Shown here: in pieces, positions 53,381-61,732 of the stretch | How positions within the stretch are numbered: position 1 is the first letter of the stretch | Layout of the letters: each line of letters starts with the position of its first letter | Assembly: GCA_048394785.1 (NCBI GenBank) | Contig: DBFJGL010000056.1 | Coordinates: forward strand, 1-61,740 | Source of the DNA: Christensenellales bacterium | GTDB taxonomy: Bacteria > Bacillota > Clostridia > Christensenellales > CAG-917 | DNA: 61,740 bases | Direction: 5' to 3' | The notes under the pieces: model-generated | Told to the model about the DNA's origin: nothing | What the model saw: the letters and a program-made list of their open reading frames with translations, nothing else | The model's database searches: none | Translations under genes and position numbers: made by a program

Positions 53381-54487
53381 ATGCTGCGACTTGCAACCGT
53401 CTGCACGGGCATAGGCGCACCCGAAAAGGCGCTCTCTTTGCTCGGCATCCCATACGAGCTGGTGTTTTTCAGCGAGATAGACAACGCCGCCATTCGTTCC
53501 TACTGCGCCATTCACGGCATTGACCGGGCGAAGAACTTGGGCGATTTATCCGCTATCGACTATGCAAAACTGCCTGCGGGTATTGACCTTATTGTGGGCG
53601 GTACGCCGTGTCAGGACTTTTCCGTAGCAGGGCTCGGTAAAGGCGGCGAAGAAGGCTCCGGCACCCGTTCCAGCCTTATGTGGTACTACGTCAGGCTCAT
53701 TGCGCACATCAAGCCGAAGGTCGTTATCTGGGAAAACGTCGCCGCCGTATTGAACAGCAAGCATATTCGGACGTATCGTAAATTCTACTATGCACTCAAC
53801 GGGCTGGGCTACAAAATTCAGGTCGGCGTGCTCAACGCGAAATTCTTTAACCTGCCGCAGAACCGCGTGCGCGTATTCGTGGTAGCCGTCCGAAAGGACG
53901 TGGATTTGCCGTTTGCTTTTCCGCACGGCTACGATTCGGGGATACGGATAAAGCACCTTTTGCAAGACGACGTGCCGGACGCTTTCTTTACGATGTCGTT
54001 CGACGATATGGACGTATACAAACGGCAGTTTCTCTCTACCCATCATATCATGTCGCTCGGACGGATCAAGAACAAAAAGTTCAAGCAAACCAACGAAGTG
54101 CTTTCGATAGACGGTATTTTTGATTGCCTGACCACAAAGCAAGGCAACTACATTGTGGACGACCGATTGCCGAGAGAAAAGCCGATACGTCGGCTCACAC
54201 CCTGCGAAGCATTCCGCTTTATGGGCTTTGAGGACGAGGATTTCCAAAAGTGCAGATACCGCTACGAGCAGTCCGGCGATACAGTACGGCGTTTCAATTA
54301 TGTCTGCGACGGAGATATATTCGCGCAAGCGGGCAACAGCATCGCCGTCAACGTGCTTATGGCGCTGTTCGGCGAACTGTACGGCGTGGAATGGCAACAC
54401 AAGGTGTTCAAAGAACGCTACAAAACCGAAGAACAACTTTTATATGAATTGCCGCTCTTTTCCTATATGCGGGACAATGCGGCGTAG
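53381..54487 (+). CDS. DNA (cytosine-5)-methyltransferase
   Basis: Motif I CTGIGAPE, motif IV GGTPCQDFSVAG, motif VI VIWENV, motif VIII QNRVRVFVVA. Confidence 0.9.
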   Translation: MLRLATVCTGIGAPEKALSLLGIPYELVFFSEIDNAAIRSYCAIHGIDRAKNLGDLSAIDYAKLPAGIDLIVGGTPCQDFSVAGLGKGGEEGSGTRSSLMWYYVRLIAHIKPKVVIWENVAAVLNSKHIRTYRKFYYALNGLGYKIQVGVLNAKFFNLPQNRVRVFVVAVRKDVDLPFAFPHGYDSGIRIKHLLQDDVPDAFFTMSFDDMDVYKRQFLSTHHIMSLGRIKNKKFKQTNEVLSIDGIFDCLTTKQGNYIVDDRLPREKPIRRLTPCEAFRFMGFEDEDFQKCRYRYEQSGDTVRRFNYVCDGDIFAQAGNSIAVNVLMALFGELYGVEWQHKVFKERYKTEEQLLYELPLFSYMRDNAA

Positions 54488-54498
54488 GAGGTGAAAAC

Positions 54499-55281
54499 AT
54501 GACGCGAGGACAAATCGCTATTATTACGCCCGAAGGAAAGATATTGACGTCAATAGAGTTCAACGGCGATATGTACTATTCGGGATACGGACAGGAAGTG
54601 TTCGAGGGACTGGAACTTGCGGAAAACATAGACGAATACAAGGAACTCGTCGAAGATTTCAATCACGAACATTTCGGATATAAAGAAGAACTCTTTTACG
54701 AATGTCCCGACAGTTTTCTCGATATGTCCGACGACTATTTCGGCAAGTGGTTTTCCGATTACGTCTATATCAAAAATCTTTCGGACAAGACCGTCATCTT
54801 TACGGATGCGGAAAAACAGAAAGTCGCTCTCGAACCCGAAGCGACGCTCGCGTTTTATTACGGAAGATTTTATGCAAGCGATACCGAAGACTTTGAAAAC
54901 AGAGAGTTTATAGAGGAACTCGAAACCCTGCGCCGAAAGCTATGCGATCACAGCGCAAGCGAAAACTACTCGAATATCTGGAACGCCTGTGCCGACTTCG
55001 ATAACGGACATCGTGGGTTCTACTTAACCGACCGTATTCAGGAGCAGGACTTTGTAACCGAAGATGTTTTAGAGTACATTGTCAAAAAGAATGCAACCGA
55101 ACTTTCGCGTTTACGTTGCTTTATAAACGATACTTATGAAGATGACATTTACAGATTGGACGGATACGGCAATCTTGCCAACGTCAACGATTCCGATTTT
55201 GAGGATTTACTCGATTTGCTCGTCGAAGAAGTAGACGGACAAATTACACCGCCGATAGCAATGGAGGCCGCTTGCTTATGA
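54499..55281 (+). CDS. hypothetical protein
   Basis: Acidic 260-aa ORF. No motif recognised. Confidence 0.55.
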   Translation: MTRGQIAIITPEGKILTSIEFNGDMYYSGYGQEVFEGLELAENIDEYKELVEDFNHEHFGYKEELFYECPDSFLDMSDDYFGKWFSDYVYIKNLSDKTVIFTDAEKQKVALEPEATLAFYYGRFYASDTEDFENREFIEELETLRRKLCDHSASENYSNIWNACADFDNGHRGFYLTDRIQEQDFVTEDVLEYIVKKNATELSRLRCFINDTYEDDIYRLDGYGNLANVNDSDFEDLLDLLVEEVDGQITPPIAMEAACL

Positions 55282-55544
55282 GAATGTACCGCGACGAAAC
55301 GATGAACATTGAAGCGCTTATTACAGCCGAAGTAAAGCGTTTGTCCGAAAAATACGGCAAATCCTATCTCGACTGCGAAGAACTGGTTGAAATGACCGGA
55401 CTGGGGCGCGATAATGTCCGCGCCCTTATGGGCAGCGCAAATTTTCCCGTAACCTGCGTAGGCAATCGCAAAGTTGTCAGTATCCTTGCTTTTGTCACTT
55501 GGCAGATGCGCGGTTTTGACAAGGGAGGTAACTATGCCGCGTAA
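55272..55544 (+). CDS. excisionase-type HTH DNA-binding protein
   Basis: 90 aa. LDCEELVEMTGLGRDNVRALMGSANFPV is Xis/MerR-like. It overlaps the integrase start. Confidence 0.6.
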   Translation: MLMRMYRDETMNIEALITAEVKRLSEKYGKSYLDCEELVEMTGLGRDNVRALMGSANFPVTCVGNRKVVSILAFVTWQMRGFDKGGNYAA

Positions 55545-56985
55545 AAAAACCGCCACTCGGCGCGGAAACGGCGAAGGCTCTATCTATCAACGCAAAGACG
55601 GCCTTTGGATTTCGCAAATCACAATAGGCTTAAAACCGAACGGTAAGCCTGACAGAAAGACGTTTACGGGCAAAACCCGCGCGGAAGTCGCCACGAAAAT
55701 GATACCGTACTTAAATCAGGACACGGGCAAAGTTCACGTCGCCCGCGAGGACGTGTCCATTGAAAAACACATGATGTTCTGGCTGATGAACTATAAAATC
55801 ACGACCGTAGCGCCGCGCACGTTTGAATCGCAGGTACGAAATGCCAAGCGGCATATCTTTCCCGTGTTCGGGAATTTTCGTCCGCAGGATTTGAACATAG
55901 ACAATCTGCAACCGTTTTTCAAGGGACTGCTCAACTGCTTTGAACTCGACACGGTGAAGAAAATCAAATATCTGTTTTCGGACTATCTCGAATACTGTAC
56001 GGACAGAGGTTTGATTGACGGCAACCCGATTACGCGTATCAAGTTCAAGTCCATTGAACGCAAGGCAAAGTCCAATCCCGAAGGCATCGAAGAAAAGGCT
56101 ATGCCCGAAGAATTGCGGGAACCGTTTCTGAAAGCGCTCAACACCGACCGACTGTTCAAGGCATTTTGCCTGACGGCTATGTTTGCAGGTTTACGTCCGG
56201 GCGAAGTCATCGGATTGAAATGGCGGGATGTAGATTTCAAGAACGGTACATTGTCTGTGGTGCGGGCAATGACCGTAGAGCCCGAATTTGACGACGAAGG
56301 AAATGTCGTCAAGCGAAATACGATCATCGGAAAAACAAAAACTGCGGGCAGCGTGCGGACAAATCCTATTCCCAAACTGCTTTTGGACGCATTGCAGGAA
56401 TGGAAAGAATACCGCACCGCCCAGCAACGGGAAACAGGCTATCCGCTTGCAGGAATCAACGATTTCGTATTCGGTACGGACAAGGGCGCTTTGCGTTCCT
56501 ATTCGGGTATCAAGCACATGTTCGACCGCTTTCTCAAACGTAACGGTCTGGATGATAAAGGCATCCATTTCTATGAGTTGCGCCACACCTTTTCCAATAC
56601 TTTGTTTGAACAGAATACCAATCCGCGCGTTGTACAATCCCTTATGGGACACCGCAAGATTGAAACGACTATGATATATAATACTGTAAGGGACAACAAG
56701 TATTTGGAAGGTGCGGTCGGCGTTTTCGACAGCCGATACGAAACAGCGGCGGAAGCCGTGGAAGAAAGCGAAGAACGAAAAAAATATTATAGACCGCCCA
56801 AGAATACAAGCGAAGACCGCACTGCTGCGACGCCAAAGAAACAACCGGCGCCCGATGGCGGTACAACTAAAACAGACGACCTTACGCAGAAAGTGGCGGC
56901 GTTTATGGCGGAAAACGGGATAGAAGATTTGGAAGAATTTTTGTCGGGTATCAAGAAAAAACAAAAAAACTTTCAAATGGACTAA
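55534..56985 (+). CDS. int: tyrosine-type site-specific integrase
   Basis: ATG 55534 lies after GGGAGG. N-terminus RRGNGEGSIYQRKDGLW is an SAM-like arm-binding region. Catalytic region GLRPGE...ELRHTFSN...LMGHRKIETTMIY corresponds to R..HxxR..Y. Confidence 0.9.
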   Translation: MPRKKTATRRGNGEGSIYQRKDGLWISQITIGLKPNGKPDRKTFTGKTRAEVATKMIPYLNQDTGKVHVAREDVSIEKHMMFWLMNYKITTVAPRTFESQVRNAKRHIFPVFGNFRPQDLNIDNLQPFFKGLLNCFELDTVKKIKYLFSDYLEYCTDRGLIDGNPITRIKFKSIERKAKSNPEGIEEKAMPEELREPFLKALNTDRLFKAFCLTAMFAGLRPGEVIGLKWRDVDFKNGTLSVVRAMTVEPEFDDEGNVVKRNTIIGKTKTAGSVRTNPIPKLLLDALQEWKEYRTAQQRETGYPLAGINDFVFGTDKGALRSYSGIKHMFDRFLKRNGLDDKGIHFYELRHTFSNTLFEQNTNPRVVQSLMGHRKIETTMIYNTVRDNKYLEGAVGVFDSRYETAAEAVEESEERKKYYRPPKNTSEDRTAATPKKQPAPDGGTTKTDDLTQKVAAFMAENGIEDLEEFLSGIKKKQKNFQMD

Positions 56986-57019
56986 AAGGGATGTGCCCTA
57001 CCTATAAGAAAAAAGGGAC

Positions 57020-57039
57020 GTCTGCAATTGTCTGCAATT
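57020..57039. repeat. candidate arm-type sites at the right element end
   Basis: GTCTGCAATTGTCTGCAATT, a 20/20 match to 14729-14748. Confidence 0.55.
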
Positions 57040-57131
57040 AGGGCAGTTTTAGGGCGTTTCGGGCAGAATTAGAACGACGGCGATTAGGGAGAAGGTCAAC
57101 CTTGCTAATCGCCGTATTTTTTACGCAAAAT

Positions 57132-57152
57132 CGTCTGCAATTCGTCTGCAAT
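57132..57152. repeat. candidate arm-type sites, second right-end pair
   Basis: CGTCTGCAATTCGTCTGCAAT carries two further copies of the GTCTGCAAT motif. Confidence 0.5.
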
Positions 57153-57212
57153 AGCACTTTTTCGTTTTTTCGGAGTTTTCGCTAAAACCCCATATTTAGT
57201 ATCAATATAACG

Positions 57213-57239
57213 AAAAAACCACCATATTTGGTGGTTTTT
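57213..57239 (-). terminator. rho-independent terminator directly after the element-borne tRNA
   Basis: Stem CCACCA (57219-57224) / TGGTGG (57229-57234), flanked by an A6 run and a T5 run. On the minus strand the T-run follows the stem. Confidence 0.65.
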
Positions 57240-57242
57240 CTT

Positions 57243-57318
<76 letters not shown>

Positions 57319-57379
57319 GTATATAGTTTTTTGCCGATTTTGTAGGGTTTCGGCAACCCTTGTTTTTGCGGCTGGCACA

Positions 57380-57388
57380 CCTTACCAA
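57380..57388. repeat. attR core (CCTTACCAA)
   Basis: Direct repeat of 14580-14588. The sequence to the right continues as the host tRNA 5' half. The sequence to the left is not tRNA-like. Confidence 0.7.
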
Positions 57389-57419
57389 GGAAGTGCTCTA
57401 CCTGCTGAGCTATATCAGC
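57382..57419 (-). pseudogene. 5' half of the disrupted host tRNA-Thr(GGU): acceptor through anticodon loop
   Basis: Minus strand reads GCTGATA-TA-GCTC-AGCAGGTA-GAGC-A-CTTCC-TTGGTAA, then GGTGTGCCAGCC... with no matching anticodon-stem strand or T-arm. Confidence 0.85.
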
Positions 57420-57427
57420 GAATACTG

Positions 57428-57456
57428 CTTATACTGTTGCTTGTCCGTCAGGTCGA
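57428..57456 (-). promoter_or_regulatory. possible host tRNA promoter
   Basis: On the minus strand: TCGACC (57456-57451), a 17-nt spacer, then TATAAG (57433-57428), ending 8 nt before the tRNA 5' end. The match to consensus is weak. Confidence 0.3.
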
Positions 57457-57741
57457 TTATGGCTCGATTTCGACCGCCGCGGCGTGGTTGCCGAAGCTTA
57501 ACAAGCTATTCAATTATAAGTAAAGACGAAATTTTTGTCAATTAAAATAATGCCAAAATGCAAATATTTGTTGCGGGAGGTCGGAATATATTTTGAGATT
57601 GATAAAGCAGGGGAAAAATGAAATGAAAAACATAAGAAAAGTGGGTTGAAGCGTGAAAACGCGCGAATAAAACAGACTTTTGTTTGACTGTATGGTTTTT
57701 TGTGATAGAATGAAATCGATAAATGATTATAGGGGGAATTT

Positions 57742-59001
57742 ATGGATTTATACCACTGTTTTACGCAGTCGCTTAAAAAGGAGCTGATACCGGCTTTGGG
57801 CTGTACCGAGCCGATTGCCATTGCCTATACCGCGGCGATAGCGCGCGATACGCTGGGGTGCGAGCCCGAGCGCGCCGAGCTTAAAGTGAGCGGTAACGTT
57901 CTCAAAAACGTAAAGAGCGTGTCCGTGCCGAACACGGAGGGAATGAAGGGCGTGGATTCGGCTTGTGTGGTCGGCATGGTCGGCGGCGACGCGTCGCTGG
58001 GGCTGGAAGTTTTGCAGAAGGTGAACGCGGAACATATCGTCAAGGCGCGCAAACTGCTTGCAGACGGTTTTTGCGCGGTGGAACACCTTGTGTCCGACGA
58101 GCCGCTGCACATCATAGTCGCGGTTTATTGCGGCGATAAGAGTGCGGAAGCCGAGTTGAAGGGCGGTCACACGCGTATCGTAAGAAAAGCAGTGAACGGC
58201 GAAACGGTGTTCGAACTTGACGAAAAACAGGAAGAAGAAGCAAGGGTACATTGCGAATTAAAGGATATTTACGATTTTGCAAACAGCGTCAATCTGGACG
58301 ACGTGCGCGAAGTTATCGAGCGGCAAATCAGATATAACAGCACGATTTGCAGAGAAGGTCTTAAAAACGATTACGGACAAAACATCGGAAAAACATTGCT
58401 CAGCGTGTATGGCAACGATGCAAAAATCAGCGCACGCGCGCTTGCGGCGGCGGGCTCGGACGCGAGAATGAGCGGTTGCAGTCTGCCCGTGGTCATAAAC
58501 AGCGGCAGCGGCAATCAGGGAATTACCGTATCAATACCCGTAATCGAGTTTGCAAGAGAACTCGGCGTAAGCGAGGATAGGCTCTATCGCGCGTTGGTGC
58601 TGTCCAACCTTGTCGCAATACATTTGAAGCAGGGTATGGGCAAACTGTCCGCTTTCTGCGGAGTGGTGAGCGCAAGCTGCGGCGCAGGCGCGGGTATAAC
58701 GTATTTGCACGTCAACGATTACGATATGATTGCTAAAACGATAACGAACACCATTGCGAACGTATCGGGTATCGTGTGCGACGGCGCAAAAGGTTCGTGC
58801 GCGGCGAAAATAGCGTCGAGCGTGGACGCGTGCATTTTGGGACACTATCTTACGATGTCCGACAACACTTTCAGAAGCGGCGACGGTATTGTGCGCGACA
58901 GCGTAGACCAAACCCTTGACGGCGTTATGCGCATAGGTAAGGACGCAATGAAGGAAACGGATAACGAAATACTCAACATAATGTTCGAGCAATACAAATA
59001 A
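57742..59001 (+). CDS. UPF0597 / serine dehydratase alpha-like family protein (L-cysteine desulfidase-like)
   Basis: 419 aa. LKKELIPALGCTEPIAIAYTAA and SGNQG...GIVCDGAKGSCAAK are typical of the UPF0597 (YhaM-like) family. Confidence 0.8.
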   Translation: MDLYHCFTQSLKKELIPALGCTEPIAIAYTAAIARDTLGCEPERAELKVSGNVLKNVKSVSVPNTEGMKGVDSACVVGMVGGDASLGLEVLQKVNAEHIVKARKLLADGFCAVEHLVSDEPLHIIVAVYCGDKSAEAELKGGHTRIVRKAVNGETVFELDEKQEEEARVHCELKDIYDFANSVNLDDVREVIERQIRYNSTICREGLKNDYGQNIGKTLLSVYGNDAKISARALAAAGSDARMSGCSLPVVINSGSGNQGITVSIPVIEFARELGVSEDRLYRALVLSNLVAIHLKQGMGKLSAFCGVVSASCGAGAGITYLHVNDYDMIAKTITNTIANVSGIVCDGAKGSCAAKIASSVDACILGHYLTMSDNTFRSGDGIVRDSVDQTLDGVMRIGKDAMKETDNEILNIMFEQYK

Positions 59002-59074
59002 ATTGTGCGCGGATTGTCATTAAATTCGGCGCGCGAAGATAAAATTATAAAAATACATAAAGAGGGAGTAAATT

Positions 59075-59572
59075 ATGTCTAACATCACAAATGAACCCAA
59101 AAACAAGCTGAAACTGTTGCAGACCATTAGAGGTCAGCTGGAACAGAGAGCCATATGGCTCGCACTGCTGTCGCAGGAAGCCGAAAAGAAAGGCGTGGAT
59201 ATCACCACTTTCGGGCAGGAAGCAATCAATCAATGCGGCGTTATGCAGGGCAAGGACCTCGCGCAGGGCAGCACCGATTTGCGCGACCTTAAAAAACGCC
59301 TGTTCAGCAAGGGCGCGAGAATGGTTTTTGAAATGGAACTGCTCGAAAGCACCGAAGACAAGCTTTCGCTCGATTTCCATTATTGCCCGTTGGTAAAAGG
59401 CTGGCAGAAAATGGGGCTGAGCGACGAGGAAATAGCAAGACTTTGCGACACCGCGATGTGCGGCGACCACGCCATTGCAAGACAGTTCGGCGCGGAACTG
59501 CACCTCGGCGACGTTATCGCAAAGGGCGCGCCTATATGCCAATTGCGCTTTGTCAAGGATAAGAAAGACTGA
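59075..59572 (+). CDS. L-2-amino-thiazoline-4-carboxylic acid hydrolase-like protein
   Basis: 165 aa. RAIWLALL...FHYCPLVKGWQKMGL..EEIARLCD.AMCGD resembles the ATC-hydrolase family. Assigned from memory of the pattern. Confidence 0.5.
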   Translation: MSNITNEPKNKLKLLQTIRGQLEQRAIWLALLSQEAEKKGVDITTFGQEAINQCGVMQGKDLAQGSTDLRDLKKRLFSKGARMVFEMELLESTEDKLSLDFHYCPLVKGWQKMGLSDEEIARLCDTAMCGDHAIARQFGAELHLGDVIAKGAPICQLRFVKDKKD

Positions 59573-59615
59573 TAAACGAAAGGCAACAATATGCCGATAG
59601 ACAGTTTTAATATGC

Positions 59616-59650
59616 AAAACCGCACGATAAAGTGCGGTTTTGCTATTTTT
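59616..59650 (+). terminator. rho-independent terminator
   Basis: Stem AAAACCGCAC (59616-59625) / GTGCGGTTTT (59632-59641), followed by GCTATTTTT. Confidence 0.75.
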
Positions 59651-59722
59651 ATAACGGTGATAATGCATTTCGTAAAGACGGGTGCGGGATTAGTGTGCGT
59701 TCCTATTTAGGGGATTGCCGCG

Positions 59723-59872
59723 CGCTCGAAAATTGTTTCGCTCGCATTATTGTGACGGTTGTCGCAATTTAACTCGCTCCTGAAATTTTCTCGCATTCCG
59801 CGTGCGTTATGTTGCGCACTGCGTGCTTCACGCTTAATCGCACGCGGGTTCCTGTGTATAAGTTATAGTCGC
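59723..59872 (+). repeat. 150-bp repeat module, copy 1
   Basis: CGCTCGAAAATTG...AGTTATAGTCGC, nearly identical to copies 2-4. Contains the hairpin ATTGTGAC-GGTT-GTCGCAAT and the 50-nt hairpin at 59798-59847. Confidence 0.9.
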
Positions 59873-60056
59873 TTACTTAGGGGATTGCCGCGCGTTGCTC
59901 GCAATGACAGGTTATATATAGTGTCACTGCGAACGGAGTGAATGTAATGAACGGAGTGCGGCAGTCCCATATACAGAAACTTTATGTACGGGAATAAGTT
60001 ATCGTCGTTTATTTAGGGGATTGCTTCGTCACTCTTTTATCGTTCCTCGCAATGAC

Positions 60057-60206
60057 CGCTCGAAAATTGTTTCGCTCGCATTATTGTGACGGTTGTCACA
60101 ATGCAACTCGCTCCTGAAATTTTCTCGCATTCCGCGTGCGTTATGTTGCGCACTGCGTGCTTCACGCTTAATCGCACGCGGGTTCCTGTGTATAAGTTAT
60201 AGTCGC
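60057..60206 (+). repeat. 150-bp repeat module, copy 2
   Basis: Same module with a few substitutions. Its 50-nt hairpin is at 60132-60181. Confidence 0.9.
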
Positions 60207-60242
60207 CTGTTTAGGGGATTGCCGCGCGTTGCTCGCAATGAC

Positions 60243-60392
60243 CGCTCGAAAATTGTTACGCTCATATTATTGTGACGGTTGTCACAATTTAACTCGCTCC
60301 TGAAATTTTCTCGCATTCCGCGTGCGTTATGTTGCGCACTGCGTGCTATACGCTTAATCGCACGCGGGTTCCTGTGTATAAGTTATAGTCGC
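60243..60392 (+). repeat. 150-bp repeat module, copy 3
   Basis: Same module. Its 50-nt hairpin is at 60318-60367. Confidence 0.9.
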
Positions 60393-60440
60393 CTGTTTAG
60401 GGGATTGCTTCGTCACTCTTTTATCGTTCCTCGCAATGAC

Positions 60441-60590
60441 CGCTCGAAAATTGTTTCGCTCGCATTATTATGACGGTTGTCACAATTTAACTCGCTCCTG
60501 AAATTTTCTCGCATTCCGCGTGCGTTATGTTGCGCACTGCGTGCTTCACGCTTAATCGCACGCGGGTTCCTGTGTATAAGTTATAGTCGC
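60441..60590 (+). repeat. 150-bp repeat module, copy 4
   Basis: Same module. Its 50-nt hairpin is at 60516-60565. Confidence 0.9.
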
Positions 60591-61107
60591 TTACTTAGGG
60601 GATTGCCACGCTACGCTCGCAATGACAGGGTAATATAAACGATTCAATCGGATAAATCGAAAACGCAATGATAGTCCTCCTCCCGTGTCACTGCGAATGG
60701 AACGAACGTAGTGAGTGAAATGTGGCAGTCCCCTATGTAGAGGAGAATGCTGTGCGGATGGTGATTAGTGAGCGTTTCTATGTAGAGGAATATGCTTGTG
60801 TTTCGGAGAAAATACCTTATCCCATCGTGTCATTGCGAATGAAACGAGCGTAGCGAGTGAAATGCGGCAATCCCCGATGTAGAGGAATACAGTAGATATT
60901 ACAGATAATAGGGTCTTCGTTCCTATTTAGGGGATTGCCACGGGGCATTGCGCAAAGCACAACACCCCTCGCAATGACAGTATAAACATGGTCGCAAACG
61001 GATAAATATACTTGTAGCAACGACCGCATATACAAAGCGTCACTGCGAGGAACGGAGTGACGCGGCAGTCCCCTATGCAGAGATGTACGCTGTGAGTTAC
61101 CGCCCCA

Positions 61108-61157
61108 CCGCGTGTGCGGTAGCGTGTAGCACGCAGTGCGGAACATAACACACGCGG
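61108..61157 (-). repeat. diverged inverted copy of the 50-nt hairpin from the 150-bp module
   Basis: The reverse complement aligns position for position with the forward hairpin. The stem is CCGCGTGTG/CACACGCGG here against CCGCGTGCG/CGCACGCGG in the forward copies, a compensatory pair change. Confidence 0.75.
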
Positions 61158-61160
61158 AAT

Positions 61161-61190
61161 AAAAAAATAGCAAATAATATTGCTATTTTT
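61161..61190 (-). terminator. bidirectional-looking terminator hairpin after the AT-rich gene
   Basis: An A7 run, stem ATAGCAA (61167-61173) / TTGCTAT (61180-61186), then a T-run. Confidence 0.55.
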
Positions 61191-61195
61191 CTCTA

Positions 61196-61732
61196 TTAAC
61201 AAAAATAATTATCATAACCATTTTCAGAATGTAGAGTTTTCCCTTTTAACTGTAAATTGCTCTCAGAAGGCAAATTAACGATGAAACTTGTTTCTTTGGC
61301 TTCTTCTTTAACTTCTAATTCTTCAAATGTTATTGGCTGACTAATTTCAACTTTTTCAAGATATCCATCTTTCATCTTGTTTAAATATTCTTCTTGATTT
61401 GAAAGGAAACCAGTTCTACCTGACAAGTTTATAGTAAAAATACTATTTGCAGAAGCTAAAACAACTGATGTTTGTAAAAACCCTCCAGAAACACCCTCAA
61501 ATTCAGTTGCATTTAAAATTTCAAGTTTATTTGGGTCTATGTTATTTTGTGAAAAGTAATCTTTAACCTCTTGTTGTTCATATGCAAATGCTGCAATATC
61601 GTTTGCTAATTGTTGTTCTTGAACTGATTGTTCAATTTGATTAAAATCTGAAAAAGTAGTTTTATCTAAAGATTTATATAGGCTTTCAAACTTATCGACA
61701 TTTGACATATCTGCGGATTGAAGAGACATCAA
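61196..61732 (-). CDS. hypothetical protein encoded by a strongly AT-rich gene (possibly 5'-truncated by the window edge)
   Basis: 178-aa ORF. There is no in-frame stop between the first ATG and the window end. The composition is visibly far more AT-rich than every other gene in the window. No motif recognised. Confidence 0.6.
   Translation of the reverse strand: MMSLQSADMSNVDKFESLYKSLDKTTFSDFNQIEQSVQEQQLANDIAAFAYEQQEVKDYFSQNNIDPNKLEILNATEFEGVSGGFLQTSVVLASANSIFTINLSGRTGFLSNQEEYLNKMKDGYLEKVEISQPITFEELEVKEEAKETSFIVNLPSESNLQLKGKTLHSENGYDNYFC

Larger units (their letters stand above)
59707..61157. repeat. dense non-coding repeat array: 11 copies of a short GGGGATTGC...GCAATGAC element (7 forward, 4 reverse) interleaved with four 150-bp direct repeats
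   Basis: - Forward copies start at 59707, 59877, 60013, 60211, 60397, 60595 and 60927.
- Reverse copies are at 59923-59968, 60687-60735, 60829-60875 and 61039-61075.
- See also the four 150-bp module entries. Confidence 0.85.

Noticed and set aside
51272-54487. Restriction-modification or other defence system built around the two methyltransferases
   Set aside because: I can see no endonuclease motif (PD-(D/E)xK, HNH or GIY-YIG) in the adjacent ORFs. The context (ArdC, DUF3846, prim-pol) fits orphan, self-protective methyltransferases. This remains open to a profile search.
59759-60473. Three similar 60-64-aa ORFs (MSQ(F/C)NSLLKFSRIPRALCCALRA...) inside the repeat modules
   Set aside because: They are simply the same repeat translated. 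They begin at TTG with no RBS, run into the GGGGATTGC elements (giving ...ARNDR peptides), and end at different points according to the flanking repeat variant.
59707-61157. Possible CRISPR array, because a short GC-rich repeat recurs many times
   Set aside because: The repeat copies vary in length (32-52 bp) and occur in both orientations at irregular spacing. The intervening sequences are themselves repeated (four 150-bp copies) rather than unique spacers. No cas genes are nearby.
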